NCBI GenBank assembly: GCA_028717725.1
Contig: JAQUNG010000001.1
Location: forward strand, 1-58,040
DNA from: a bacterium
Lineage (GTDB): Bacteria > Auribacterota > UBA6266
Length of the DNA stretch: 58,040 nucleotides
Direction of reading: 5' to 3'
Shown here: piece after piece, positions 36,853 to 46,323 of the stretch
Position numbering within the stretch: the stretch's first letter is position 1
How the letters are laid out: each line of letters starts with the position of its first letter
Made by a program: the position numbers and the translations under genes
The notes under the pieces: model-generated
What the model saw: the letters and a program-made list of their open reading frames with translations, nothing else
Database searches by the model: none
Told to the model about the DNA's origin: nothing

Positions 36853-38349
36853 ATGAGCCAGAAAAAGAAAACTATTGTATCTAATATCTTTCAATACGCG
36901 TCCGCGCAGTATTTTTCCCAATTCATCGGATTTTTTACGGCGGTTTTTCTCAGACGGTTCCTGGGCCCCGTTTACATGGGCGTATGGAGTGTTCTTAAGG
37001 TAATAATAGGATATGCTTCGTATGTAAATCTGGGAACTACTTCGACGGTGCCTTATAAGCTGCCTATTTTAAAAGGGCAGGGTAAAACCGAAGAAATAAA
37101 AGCTCTTACAAATGTTGTTTTTAATTTTATTACTGTCACGACATTCCTGTGTTCGACAGGCGTCGTAATATATGCCTTAATTTTCGGAAGAAATTTATCA
37201 CAGGAGCTTTTTGTCGGGCTGATAGCTTTATCGGTTATTCTGCTATCACAGAGGGTCTATACGTATTATATGATACTTTTGAGGGCTCACAGGGATTTCG
37301 GTGTCTTGAGCAAATCCGTTATTTTTGACGCGATTGTCAACCTCAGCCTGATATTGCTGGTGGTCAGCAGGTTCCAACTGTACGGTTTTTATGCGGTAGC
37401 CATAATTATGCCCATTCTGAACGTAATGTTTATAAGAAGATATGTAACCTATGACCTAAAGTTTTCTTTCGATTTAAGGGGGCTTGCGGGTTATATTAAA
37501 TACGGGTTTCCTCTTTTTATCAACGGTATTTTGTATCAGATTCTGCACAGCATAGACAGGATAATGATTGCCGCTATGCTTGGGCTGGAACAGTTGGGGT
37601 TTTATTCAATTGCGTTGATGACTGAAAGTTACGGAACAGGCATAGCCAAGAATTTTATCATAGTCATTCAGCCGCATTTTTTGGAGGATTTCGGTTCGAA
37701 CGGGATGGAGAAATCTTCCAGGCATGTTGTTTTTTATTCCCAGGTCACGGCCTATTTTATGGCTATACTGCTTTCGCTATTCTTTATTTGCGCTCCCGTA
37801 TTCATACGATATGTTCTCCCGGCCTTTATCCCGGGTGTCGGGGCGTTAAGGATTTTTCTTTTGTCCATATTCTTTTTGACTATTTCCCCTTATTCAAGCA
37901 ATTTTCTGGTGGCTTTGGAGAAACAATCTAAGCTTATACCCATAACCGTGTTGTCTATATTACTGAACATTGCGCTTAATTATATGCTGATTAAAAATGG
38001 ATACGGTATAAACGGAGCTGCTTCTGCCACGGCAATATCGGCCTTTATAGCTTTTTGCGTGGTTTCGGTGTATGCCCTTAAACATTGCGAAAAGAATTCG
38101 GCCATTATGGGATTTTTTGTCAAAGTGCTGTTTCCTTTGTTTTATTGTCTTTTGTGCCTGGGCGCGCTGGAATATCTGGTAAATATGGACAATCTCCTCA
38201 TAGAAACAGTCGTCAAAACGGCTGTGTTCATTCTGCTTGCTGTGCCTCCGGTGCTTTACATAAACAGAAAAACGGGGGTAATCAGGATTTTATGGGAAGT
38301 TCTGTTGGAAAAAGCAGGGCGGGTAAAAAAGAAACAGGATGCGCAATAA
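36853..38349 (+). CDS. wzx: Wzx-type oligosaccharide flippase (MOP superfamily polysaccharide biosynthesis protein)
   Basis: About 12-14 TM segments with an N-terminal NIFQYASAQYFSQFIGFF pattern. ATG 36853 is preferred over TTG 36844. Confidence 0.7.
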   Translation: MSQKKKTIVSNIFQYASAQYFSQFIGFFTAVFLRRFLGPVYMGVWSVLKVIIGYASYVNLGTTSTVPYKLPILKGQGKTEEIKALTNVVFNFITVTTFLCSTGVVIYALIFGRNLSQELFVGLIALSVILLSQRVYTYYMILLRAHRDFGVLSKSVIFDAIVNLSLILLVVSRFQLYGFYAVAIIMPILNVMFIRRYVTYDLKFSFDLRGLAGYIKYGFPLFINGILYQILHSIDRIMIAAMLGLEQLGFYSIALMTESYGTGIAKNFIIVIQPHFLEDFGSNGMEKSSRHVVFYSQVTAYFMAILLSLFFICAPVFIRYVLPAFIPGVGALRIFLLSIFFLTISPYSSNFLVALEKQSKLIPITVLSILLNIALNYMLIKNGYGINGAASATAISAFIAFCVVSVYALKHCEKNSAIMGFFVKVLFPLFYCLLCLGALEYLVNMDNLLIETVVKTAVFILLAVPPVLYINRKTGVIRILWEVLLEKAGRVKKKQDAQ

Positions 38350-38454
38350 AAAATATGTGATATATGTGTCCTTTTTTGTTAAAATCACTAAAGATTTCGA
38401 TGTGTTAATAACCTTAGAAACAGGGTGTATTCAGGGAGAGAGAGGTAATAACAA

Positions 38455-39183
38455 TTGAAAATCTCGGTAATTATACCGGCTTATAATGAAGAAAATTCGA
38501 TCGGCTCCGCCATTAATATTATAAATGAGTTTCTTAGTGCGGGCGGCGAAGATTACGAGATTATAGTTGTTGATGACGGCAGTAAAGACAGGTCTGCCCA
38601 GGCAGTGAACAAACTAGCGAATGAAAATAAAAGAGTTATACTGCTGAAAAACGGCGCAAACAGGGGTAAGGGATTTTCGGTGAAACGAGGGATGCTGCAG
38701 GCGACGGGGGATATAAGGCTTTTTGTCGACGCGGATATGTCGACCCCTATAGAAACATTGACCGGTATGATTGAATTTATAAATAAGGGATATGATGTTG
38801 TCGCGGGTTCAAGAAGAGCAGGAGGGGCTGTCATTGAGATAAGACAGAACTTCCTGCGTGAGAATATGGGGAGGGTATTTAATCTTCTTGTCCGGCTTAT
38901 AGTTTTGCGCGGTTTTAAAGATACTCAATGCGGGTTTAAGCTTTTTACGAAAAAAGCCGCCGAAAATATATTTAAGCTTCAAAAATTCGACAATTTTGTT
39001 TTCGACGTGGAAATATTATATATAGCGAAAAAACTGGGTTTTAAAATCATGGAAGCTCCCGTAAGATGGTATAATTCCGCCAATTCAAAAGTAAGGCCTT
39101 TCAGAGATGCATTGTCAATGTTCATTGACCTTTTTAAAATAAGGTTTTTTCACAGAAAAATCAGGAAAATGGCTGATGTCTAA
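38455..39183 (+). CDS. GT2 polyprenyl-phosphate glycosyltransferase (Alg5/DPG-synthase-like, soluble)
   Basis: VIIPAYNEENSI, VVDDGSKDRS, NRGKG and FVDADMSTP motifs. TTG start. Confidence 0.75.
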   Translation: MKISVIIPAYNEENSIGSAINIINEFLSAGGEDYEIIVVDDGSKDRSAQAVNKLANENKRVILLKNGANRGKGFSVKRGMLQATGDIRLFVDADMSTPIETLTGMIEFINKGYDVVAGSRRAGGAVIEIRQNFLRENMGRVFNLLVRLIVLRGFKDTQCGFKLFTKKAAENIFKLQKFDNFVFDVEILYIAKKLGFKIMEAPVRWYNSANSKVRPFRDALSMFIDLFKIRFFHRKIRKMADV

Positions 39184-40933
39184 AAGGACGGTCATATTCC
39201 TCCTTGTCATAGCTCTTGCAGTTGCGTTGAGAGTTTGGGGTCTTGGTTTCGGCCTTCCGGATATTTTGCATGCCGACGAACCGATAGTCGTCAATAAGGC
39301 AATGTCTTTCGGGACGGGTGATTTTAACCCTCACTGGTTCCTGATACCGCCTTTAACCTCATATATGCTTTTTATTTTATACGGCATATTTTTTCTGGCA
39401 GGGCATATATCGGGATTTTTCCATTCCACGGAAGATTTTATCTCTCTGTATCTATCGGACCCGACATATTTTTATTTGATAGGCAGGTTTTTTCTCGGTG
39501 TAGTCCCTTCTATAATATCAGTTTTGATGGTGCGCAAAATTGCAAAAGAAGTGTCCGGGAATGAAGATATATCGATAGCCGCGGCTTTTTTCCTGTCGGT
39601 AACTTTCCTTTTTGTAAGGGATGCTCACTACATATATGCGGATATGCCGAGGATTGCATCAATGTTGTGCGCTATTTTCTATTATGTGAAGATATCGAAA
39701 GGGAATAAAACGGCGGATTATGTTTCTGCATCTTTTTTTACGGGGCTCGCTGTGGCGTTTAAATACAATTCGGCCCTGCTGGTTTTCCCTTTTTTTGCCG
39801 CTTTTTTTATGGGCAGGAATGCGGAGCAAACTCACTCGCGGAAGATTAAAAAACTTTTCTTATCCGTTTTTATAATGTTTGCAGTTTATATTTTGCTTAA
39901 CCCCTTTTCCCTGCTGGATTTTAAAACTTTTATAAATGATTTCAAAAATCAGTCGTCGCAAATGTCCGCAGCCGGAATTTGCCATCACGTTTCTTATTCG
40001 CTTCTTCACGGAATGTCGCTTAGCCTTCTCGCATGTTCCGCGCTGGGAATAGCAAGAGAATTGTACATGAAGAATAAAACAGCGCTGATTTTGATAATAT
40101 TTATAGCTGCTGAATATGCCGCCCTGGTTTTTTTCAGCCAGCCCCATGCCAGGTATGTCCTTCCCCTGATACCCGTGCTGTGTTATTTTGCGGCGTCGTT
40201 TATCTATAATCTTTCCCGCATCTTGTCGGGGGATAGCAGAAGAACGGTATGGTTTGTTGTAATTTGTCTGGTGATGTCTGCCCCGACATTTATAAAAACC
40301 TGTTATTCCGACTATTTGTTTTCGGCCGGTGATACCCGGAAAGAAGCAAAACGATGGATAGAGGAAAATATACGGAAAGGGGAAAAGATCGCCCTTGACC
40401 ATACATTTTTTGGTCCTGCGCTTTTGCCGGACAAAAGCCAGATACAGCATAAAATCACTTTGGCCGGGCGGAAAAAAATATCCGGAGCAAAAACCCTTAA
40501 ATTGAAAAAAATGCTGGAAATGGCGGATAAAAACGAGGGTTATAAACTGTACTATTTAAAAGACGAACCTTCCGATGATGAAACTTTTTTGTTCTCTATG
40601 CCCCAGATACCTTTCAGTTACGATTATTTAATTGATAATAATATCAGGTTTGTTGTCATTACCAGCGTGAATCCGGATTGCGGACATCCTGATTTTATCA
40701 AAAAAATATATGAAAGCGCCGACCTCGCGGCCGAATTTAGCCCATACAGAGATGCCGGAAGAAAATATTCGTCAAACAGGTATGTCCTTACTGGAGGCCC
40801 TTTTCTTGACAATGAAGTTTATTTAAGAAACAAAACCGGATATACTATTCGGATATATGAAATTGGTTCTGACGGAAAATCGGGTAATATTTTGAGAAGG
40901 ATAAAACGCAAAAACATAAAGAGGTGGGAATGA
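39176..40933 (+). CDS. GT-C fold membrane glycosyltransferase (ArnT/PMT_2, GT39-like)
   Basis: RVWGLGFGLPDILHADEP first-loop motif, at least 11 TM segments and a ~180-aa soluble C-terminal domain. Confidence 0.7.
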   Translation: MSKRTVIFLLVIALAVALRVWGLGFGLPDILHADEPIVVNKAMSFGTGDFNPHWFLIPPLTSYMLFILYGIFFLAGHISGFFHSTEDFISLYLSDPTYFYLIGRFFLGVVPSIISVLMVRKIAKEVSGNEDISIAAAFFLSVTFLFVRDAHYIYADMPRIASMLCAIFYYVKISKGNKTADYVSASFFTGLAVAFKYNSALLVFPFFAAFFMGRNAEQTHSRKIKKLFLSVFIMFAVYILLNPFSLLDFKTFINDFKNQSSQMSAAGICHHVSYSLLHGMSLSLLACSALGIARELYMKNKTALILIIFIAAEYAALVFFSQPHARYVLPLIPVLCYFAASFIYNLSRILSGDSRRTVWFVVICLVMSAPTFIKTCYSDYLFSAGDTRKEAKRWIEENIRKGEKIALDHTFFGPALLPDKSQIQHKITLAGRKKISGAKTLKLKKMLEMADKNEGYKLYYLKDEPSDDETFLFSMPQIPFSYDYLIDNNIRFVVITSVNPDCGHPDFIKKIYESADLAAEFSPYRDAGRKYSSNRYVLTGGPFLDNEVYLRNKTGYTIRIYEIGSDGKSGNILRRIKRKNIKRWE

Positions 40934-41790
40934 AGGACAGAATAACGATACTGGTGCCGGTTTATAATGAGAAAGAAGCTTTGCCCAAAGTTCTGGATGA
41001 TTTAAGGGATATGATGAAAAAATCGGGTTATGAAGGAGATATTCTGGTTGTTGACGACGGTTCGGACGATAGCTCGGCGGCAATAGCCGAATCTAAAGGA
41101 GCCAAAGTCATAAAGCACAGTCGCAATCTCGGTAACGGCGCGGCGAGAACAACCGGGGTTAAAGCCTCTGAAAACGAATTGATAGTTATGATAGACGGCG
41201 ATTGCACATATCCCGCGGATGCAATCCCCGGTATGATTGAAATGATGAAACAGAACGATATGGTTATAGGAGCGAGAAAAGCCGAAAAAGGAACTTTGAA
41301 GATATTGAGGACGCCCGCGAAGATGTTCATAAAAAAACTTGCGGAATATCTGGTGAGCGATAAAATACCGGATCTTAATTCCGGCTTGAGGGTGTTGAAA
41401 AAATCCCATGCGGTGAAATATCTGAAATACCTGCCCACCACTCATTCGTGGGTAAGCACCATAACTCTGGTGCTACTTTCGAAAGGATACAGGGTCGGAT
41501 ATCTCCCCATAGATTATTATCCGAGAGTAGGGAGATCGACATTTCATCCTTTGAGAGATACTTACAACTATCTTTCCCTTGTGATCAGGACGATTATGTA
41601 CTTTAACCCGCTTCGTTTTTTCCTGCCTGTTTCGATTTTTATTTTTCTTGCGGCTCTGATTAAATCGGCGGTCGACTTTATTTATACGCGCAGCATCCAG
41701 GAATCGGACATAATTATTTTTTCTACGTCTGTCATAGTGTTTGCCATAGGGCTTTTGGCTGACCTTATAGTGATGATGCATAAGGAGTAA
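40924..41790 (+). CDS. GT2 polyprenyl-phosphate glycosyltransferase with two C-terminal TM helices (ArnC/GtrB architecture)
   Basis: ILVPVYNEKEAL, VVDDGSDDSS and IDGDCTYP motifs, plus two terminal hydrophobic helices. Confidence 0.75.
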   Translation: MGMKDRITILVPVYNEKEALPKVLDDLRDMMKKSGYEGDILVVDDGSDDSSAAIAESKGAKVIKHSRNLGNGAARTTGVKASENELIVMIDGDCTYPADAIPGMIEMMKQNDMVIGARKAEKGTLKILRTPAKMFIKKLAEYLVSDKIPDLNSGLRVLKKSHAVKYLKYLPTTHSWVSTITLVLLSKGYRVGYLPIDYYPRVGRSTFHPLRDTYNYLSLVIRTIMYFNPLRFFLPVSIFIFLAALIKSAVDFIYTRSIQESDIIIFSTSVIVFAIGLLADLIVMMHKE

Positions 41791-41920
41791 ATTAAAAAAT
41801 ACGAAACTCGAATATCAGCGTTCAAAACAAGAAACATGAATATTGAAACAAGAAATAAAGATAAAAAGGTTCGAACTATAGATAGCTCAGATAGGAAAGG
41901 TTAAGATTGGGGATAAGGAG

Positions 41921-42023
41921 TTAAGCAAGTATTTTGAACGGATTCGGGAGCTGTTTTTATCTTAGCGACAGCCTCGGAATCCCGCCTTTGGCGGGGTGAG
42001 AATGAGTGAAAATGCTTGCTTAA
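41921..42023 (+). other. ~103-nt element closed by a 15-bp inverted repeat, with two internal hairpins (candidate structured RNA or MITE-like element)
   Basis: TTAAGCAAGTATTTT (41921-35) pairs with AAAATGCTTGCTTAA (42009-23), 15 bp with one G-T. Inner stems are GGATTC/GAATCC plus GCTGT/ACAGC, and CCGCC-TTT-GGCGG. Confidence 0.3.
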
Positions 42024-42072
42024 ATCAGTTCCTGTCAGCAGGTGTGGTTAAAAAAATAAGTGGTGTATAAGC

Positions 42073-43659
42073 ATGAAAGACCTTTATTTAAAAATTGCAA
42101 TGAGACAGATTCCCAGGATACTTACCCTGGCGGACAGGGATCCGGCGAGCCCGACTTACGGATGTTTTGACAGGGAATACTGGCATTACGGGACCGCGGA
42201 TTTTCCCTGCGGTATGAGCCAGGAATTTGTCCTGCCTCTTGCTCTTGTGTATAGTTATGAATTTAGGGAAAATCCCTACTACAGGCAGGAAGCTGTAAAA
42301 GACCTTGTTATCGCCGGTATAAAGTTTGCGGAAAGAAGCTCCCATCGCGACGGCTCCTGCGATGATTATTTCCCTTTCGAGAGGGCTTACGGGGCGACTG
42401 CGTTTTCTCTTTACGCTTTTGCGGAATCATGCCGGCTGATCGGGATTAAAGACTCTGAAATCACAGGATTCCTCGAAAAAAGAGGTAAATGGATTTCATC
42501 CCGTTTGGAGTCGGGAAAGCTCACGAACCATCATGCGATAGCCGGTTTAGCTCTTCTCCTTCTGTGGCAGTTAACGGGGAGAGAAACATACAGGGAAGAA
42601 GCGCTGAATAAAATAAAGGTATGCCTTTTGTGGCAGTCGGATGAAGGCTGGTTTCCGGAGTATGAAGGATGTGACCCCGGTTATCTTACGATGACGATAG
42701 ATTTTCTCGCGAGGGCGTATTCAATTACAAATAACGCCGCGCTCCTCGCATCGCTCCGGAAAGCAGTGGAATTTCTTGATTTTTTTGTTTATCCCGATGG
42801 CACTTGCGGCGGCGAATTGGGAAGCAGAGACACATATATTTTTATGCCGCACGGTCTTGAACTGATGTCGAAAGAATGCTCAAAGGCGGTTGAAATCAAA
42901 ACAAGGTACCTGAAATCGCTTGAAAACGGACTGGAAACCAATTACGAAGACAACAGAATATTCGGGCATATGACTTACAGCCATCTTTTTTCCTGGATTG
43001 ATTATTGTGATTTAAGGCGGGAGCCGGAGAGAGGTCCTTTCCGTAAATATTTTCCGGAAGCGGGAATGTATGCTGAGAAAAAGGGGAGTTATTTTTTTGC
43101 CGTTTGTGTCCATAAAGGGGGGATTTTTAAGATTTTCAGGGGCGAAGATTTAATAGCCTCCGATTCCGGATTCCTCTGTGAATTTTCGGATGGCAAAATC
43201 GGAGTTTCAAACCGGATTGAGGGAAAAAAATCTTACAGGGAAAAACCGTGCTGTGTGAGAGGCGAGCTTTATTATTATAAGCGCAAACTTATGTCGCCTT
43301 CGAAACAGGTTGTTTTCCGGCTGATCCTGATGATTCTCGGCCCTTTTCCCCGCATAAGCGGGATGTTACGCAGGATTCTGCAAAAAATTCTTATTACCGG
43401 CAAAAAGAAAGCTCCCGTTTCTTTTAAAAGGGAGTTTTCTCTGGAAGAAAAGGGGCTGACCGTTGAGGATTCGGTTTTTCTCGGCGGGAAAAAGAATGTC
43501 AAGCGGCTTTATTTCGCTGCTAATAAGGTTTCGATTTATATAGCGATGGCGGAATGCTTCAATAAGAATATGCTGTTAAAATGGCGGCAGTTCAGCGCGG
43601 ATGACATTAAAACTTTGAATGCGGAGCGTAAAACAAAGATAATAAGGCGTTTCGAATGA
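42073..43659 (+). CDS. Hypothetical 528-aa cytoplasmic protein (helix-rich N-terminal half, beta-rich C-terminal half)
   Basis: Long ORF, translationally coupled (ATGA) to the downstream gene. The layout is reminiscent of (alpha/alpha)-toroid plus beta-sandwich polysaccharide lyase/epimerase-like proteins. No motif recognised. Confidence 0.55.
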   Translation: MKDLYLKIAMRQIPRILTLADRDPASPTYGCFDREYWHYGTADFPCGMSQEFVLPLALVYSYEFRENPYYRQEAVKDLVIAGIKFAERSSHRDGSCDDYFPFERAYGATAFSLYAFAESCRLIGIKDSEITGFLEKRGKWISSRLESGKLTNHHAIAGLALLLLWQLTGRETYREEALNKIKVCLLWQSDEGWFPEYEGCDPGYLTMTIDFLARAYSITNNAALLASLRKAVEFLDFFVYPDGTCGGELGSRDTYIFMPHGLELMSKECSKAVEIKTRYLKSLENGLETNYEDNRIFGHMTYSHLFSWIDYCDLRREPERGPFRKYFPEAGMYAEKKGSYFFAVCVHKGGIFKIFRGEDLIASDSGFLCEFSDGKIGVSNRIEGKKSYREKPCCVRGELYYYKRKLMSPSKQVVFRLILMILGPFPRISGMLRRILQKILITGKKKAPVSFKREFSLEEKGLTVEDSVFLGGKKNVKRLYFAANKVSIYIAMAECFNKNMLLKWRQFSADDIKTLNAERKTKIIRRFE

Positions 43660-44606
43660 ACTGGAAAAAAGTAAAAACGGCTGCAACATTTCTGATTGCG
43701 CTATATATCCTTTTTGTAATTTATTCTAAAATAGACCTGCGCGCGTTCTGGAATTTATTCAGGGACATCGATTATTTCTGGTTTGCGGCGGGGATGTTTA
43801 TTTTTATAGTCTCCGCGTTGATTTCGTCTTTCAGGTATGTTGTTATCCTGTCCGGCCGGGCAAAAATACCGCTCTTGTCTTCATTAAAGCTGTATCTGGC
43901 GGGGAACTCTCTTAATATGGCGCTTCCTTCAAAAATAGGGGATTTGAGCAAAGCGGTTTTTTTAAAAAAAGAGGGTATTCTGGGTTATGCCGAAGGGTTC
44001 AGCAGTGTTATTGTCGAGAAGATATTCGATGTTTCAGCTTTAAGTTCTGTTATGGTCGCGGGACTTGTTTTTCTGCCTTTAAATACGTTTTTTACGCGGG
44101 ATATAAAAAAGGTATTCTTAGCGGCGGGGATGTTTTTCTTGTCCCTGCCTCTTGCCGTTTATATTCTGGGTGCTTTCAAGGTTAACGTGTTAAACAAGAC
44201 CCTTTCAAAAGCAGATGAATATTTCGCGCGGTTCCATGATTTTTTGATGGCGCTGAAGAAGAGTCCCGGAAAACTCGTCTTAATAGCTTTACTGTCTTTT
44301 TTTCTCTGGTTTTCTCATGTTTTTCAGGTGTTCTGTTTTTTGAAATCTTTTGATAATTCCGCGTCCGCCGCGATATCTTTCGCCCTGATTCCGATAGCTA
44401 TATTCATAGGGCTGATACCCATTGCTTTCGCCGGCATAGGAACAAGAGATAAAGCATTGATAGTGCTTTTCGGCTGGTATGGGTATCCAGATTACCTTAT
44501 GGCGGCAGTGGGAATAATGTGCACCGTGAGATATGTCATTCCCGCGCTTTTCGGGTTGCCGTTTATGATAAAATATATGGCGAAAGACAAAAAAACAGTT
44601 AGATAG
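43656..44606 (+). CDS. UPF0104 / lysyl-PG-synthase-TM-region-like 'flippase-like' membrane protein
   Basis: About 8 TM segments. LAGNSLNMALPSKIGDLSKAVFLKK matches the family's LP..GD loop pattern as recalled. Confidence 0.55.
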   Translation: MNWKKVKTAATFLIALYILFVIYSKIDLRAFWNLFRDIDYFWFAAGMFIFIVSALISSFRYVVILSGRAKIPLLSSLKLYLAGNSLNMALPSKIGDLSKAVFLKKEGILGYAEGFSSVIVEKIFDVSALSSVMVAGLVFLPLNTFFTRDIKKVFLAAGMFFLSLPLAVYILGAFKVNVLNKTLSKADEYFARFHDFLMALKKSPGKLVLIALLSFFLWFSHVFQVFCFLKSFDNSASAAISFALIPIAIFIGLIPIAFAGIGTRDKALIVLFGWYGYPDYLMAAVGIMCTVRYVIPALFGLPFMIKYMAKDKKTVR

Positions 44607-44710
44607 TTTAATGGTTAAGCAGTTCAGTGGTTAGAAGAAATAGAATCGGTAATCGAAACTATTGGACTTCTGAACTATTCAACCGCTGAACCGAATGAAT
44701 GGAGAAATAA

Positions 44711-45433
44711 ATGGAAAAAGGCATCTCAATAATACTACCGGCTCTTAATGAAGAAGAAAACATAGGGCATGCAGTACATGATATAATTGAATATTTTAAG
44801 GAAAAAAAGGAATTATACGAAATCCTTATCGTAAACGACGGATCTGATGATATGACGCCGGCTCTGGCCGACAGACTTTCTCAAAAATATAAACAGGTTA
44901 GAGTCCTTCATCATAAGGCTAATGAGGGATATGGAAAATCGCTGAGAGACGGTTTTCATGCCGCTTCATATGAATACCTTTTTTTTACCGATTGCGACCG
45001 GCAATTCGATATTTCGGGCTTGGATATAATGTTTCCCCTGATTAAAACCGGTGTTGTCGATCTTATCATAGGGTACAGGCTCAAGAGGAAGGACTCTTTT
45101 GTCAGGAAATTCCTTTCTTGGGGCTATAATACGCTTGTAGGTTTTATTTTTGATTTGAATGTGAAAGATATTGATTGCGCGTTCAAGATATTCGATAAGA
45201 GGATTTTCGAAAAAATAGAGATCACTTCGAAGAAATTTTTTGTAAATACGGAAATTCTGTGCAAGGCGCATTATTACGGATATAATATGATTGAAGTCGG
45301 GGTGCCTCATTTTCCGCGGTTTGCGGGTAAATCAACGGTATCCCTGAAGTATATACCTCTTACGGTGAAAGAGCTTTTCAGGATATGGTTTGATATGAAA
45401 AAGCTCCGGAAATCAAAAAAACACGCCATTTGA
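44711..45433 (+). CDS. GT2 polyprenyl-phosphate glycosyltransferase-like (soluble)
   Basis: IILPALNEEENI, IVNDGSDD, NEGYGKS and FFTDCDRQF motifs. Confidence 0.75.
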   Translation: MEKGISIILPALNEEENIGHAVHDIIEYFKEKKELYEILIVNDGSDDMTPALADRLSQKYKQVRVLHHKANEGYGKSLRDGFHAASYEYLFFTDCDRQFDISGLDIMFPLIKTGVVDLIIGYRLKRKDSFVRKFLSWGYNTLVGFIFDLNVKDIDCAFKIFDKRIFEKIEITSKKFFVNTEILCKAHYYGYNMIEVGVPHFPRFAGKSTVSLKYIPLTVKELFRIWFDMKKLRKSKKHAI

Positions 45434-45614
45434 ATATACCAGTTTAAGCCTGGTATGTTACCAGCGAAAATTCGGCAAAAGTCAGATAAAATAAAAAACC
45501 GTCAATTAATTTAATGTTTTTGTCGACTGTATATGCCGCTATTTTTCATATAAACTTTTATTTTTTTATGCTGTTAATTTGACGACATGCCCGGAAATAA
45601 GGCATTTTTGAGAT

Positions 45615-46205
45615 ATGGACACGAGGGCCGACAATCTGCGGGTTTTGCTCCTTGTTTTTGCCCTTTATTCTTTTAGTGTCCCCTTATACGCCGATAATCC
45701 TTCCCGGGGTATGCTTGATTATAAAAATGATAATTTTGAGATAAGCACGCCTTATCCCGCAGGGTGGTTTGTAAAAGAGCATTCAGACGGCGATTCAAAA
45801 CAGGTTTTCATATCGGAGAAAGAAATCAAGAAATCCGAAGATATGTTTAAAACCGGCATTGTAATAACAAAAATATGTAATTACAGCAAGTATTTCGGTT
45901 ATGAATTCGCCAGTTCGGAAGAAGCCGCAAAACAGATAGTGGAATCGCATCTCTCTGATTTTATGGAAAACGCGAGAGATTACTACCTTGGTTCTTTCGG
46001 TCCGGCGAGTTCCGGCGGCCGAAGCCGCCCGTATGTCGCGGATCTGAGGTTTGTGTGTAATGACGCCTCAAGGGTAAGAGAATATATTTTTGTGGCCTAT
46101 GAAGAGAATACGCTTGTGTTTGTTACAATGGAAGCTCCTGATTCCGAGTTCCTGAAATACAAAGATCTATACGATACGATTATAGCTTCGATACGGGTTT
46201 TTTAA
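45615..46205 (+). CDS. Secreted protein of unknown function
   Basis: N-terminal signal-peptide-like segment (LRVLLLVFALYSFSVPLYA/DN). 196 aa. No recognised domain. Confidence 0.6.
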   Translation: MDTRADNLRVLLLVFALYSFSVPLYADNPSRGMLDYKNDNFEISTPYPAGWFVKEHSDGDSKQVFISEKEIKKSEDMFKTGIVITKICNYSKYFGYEFASSEEAAKQIVESHLSDFMENARDYYLGSFGPASSGGRSRPYVADLRFVCNDASRVREYIFVAYEENTLVFVTMEAPDSEFLKYKDLYDTIIASIRVF

Positions 46206-46221
46206 TCAAGGAGGTCGAATT

Positions 46222-46323
46222 ATGAATTGGTTAAAAGCCAGGAAAGACCGCCGTGGCAAATGGACAGTGATTCCCTCAAAAAAAAGATATTTTAAGAGTT
46301 TTAAATCCCCCGGCCGGAAATAA
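46222..46323 (+). CDS. Candidate small ORF: 33-aa highly basic peptide
   Basis: AAGGAGG (46208-14) lies 7 nt before ATG 46222. Product MNWLKARKDRRGKWTVIPSKKRYFKSFKSPGRK* (13 K/R, 1 D). Below the ORF-track cutoff. Confidence 0.3.
   Translation: MNWLKARKDRRGKWTVIPSKKRYFKSFKSPGRK

Noticed and set aside
41868-41895. tRNA-like strings GGTTCGAA (T-loop-like) and ATAGCTCAGATAGG (D-arm-like)
   Set aside because: No complementary D-stem (GAGC), anticodon arm or acceptor stem can be drawn. These are isolated words in an AT-rich spacer.
41934-41999. 21-codon TTG ORF (MNGFGSCFYLSDSLGIPPLAG) inside the inverted-repeat element, downstream of an AAGGAG
   Set aside because: The SD-to-start spacing is 13 nt and the start is TTG. 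The region is better explained by nested RNA/DNA helices.
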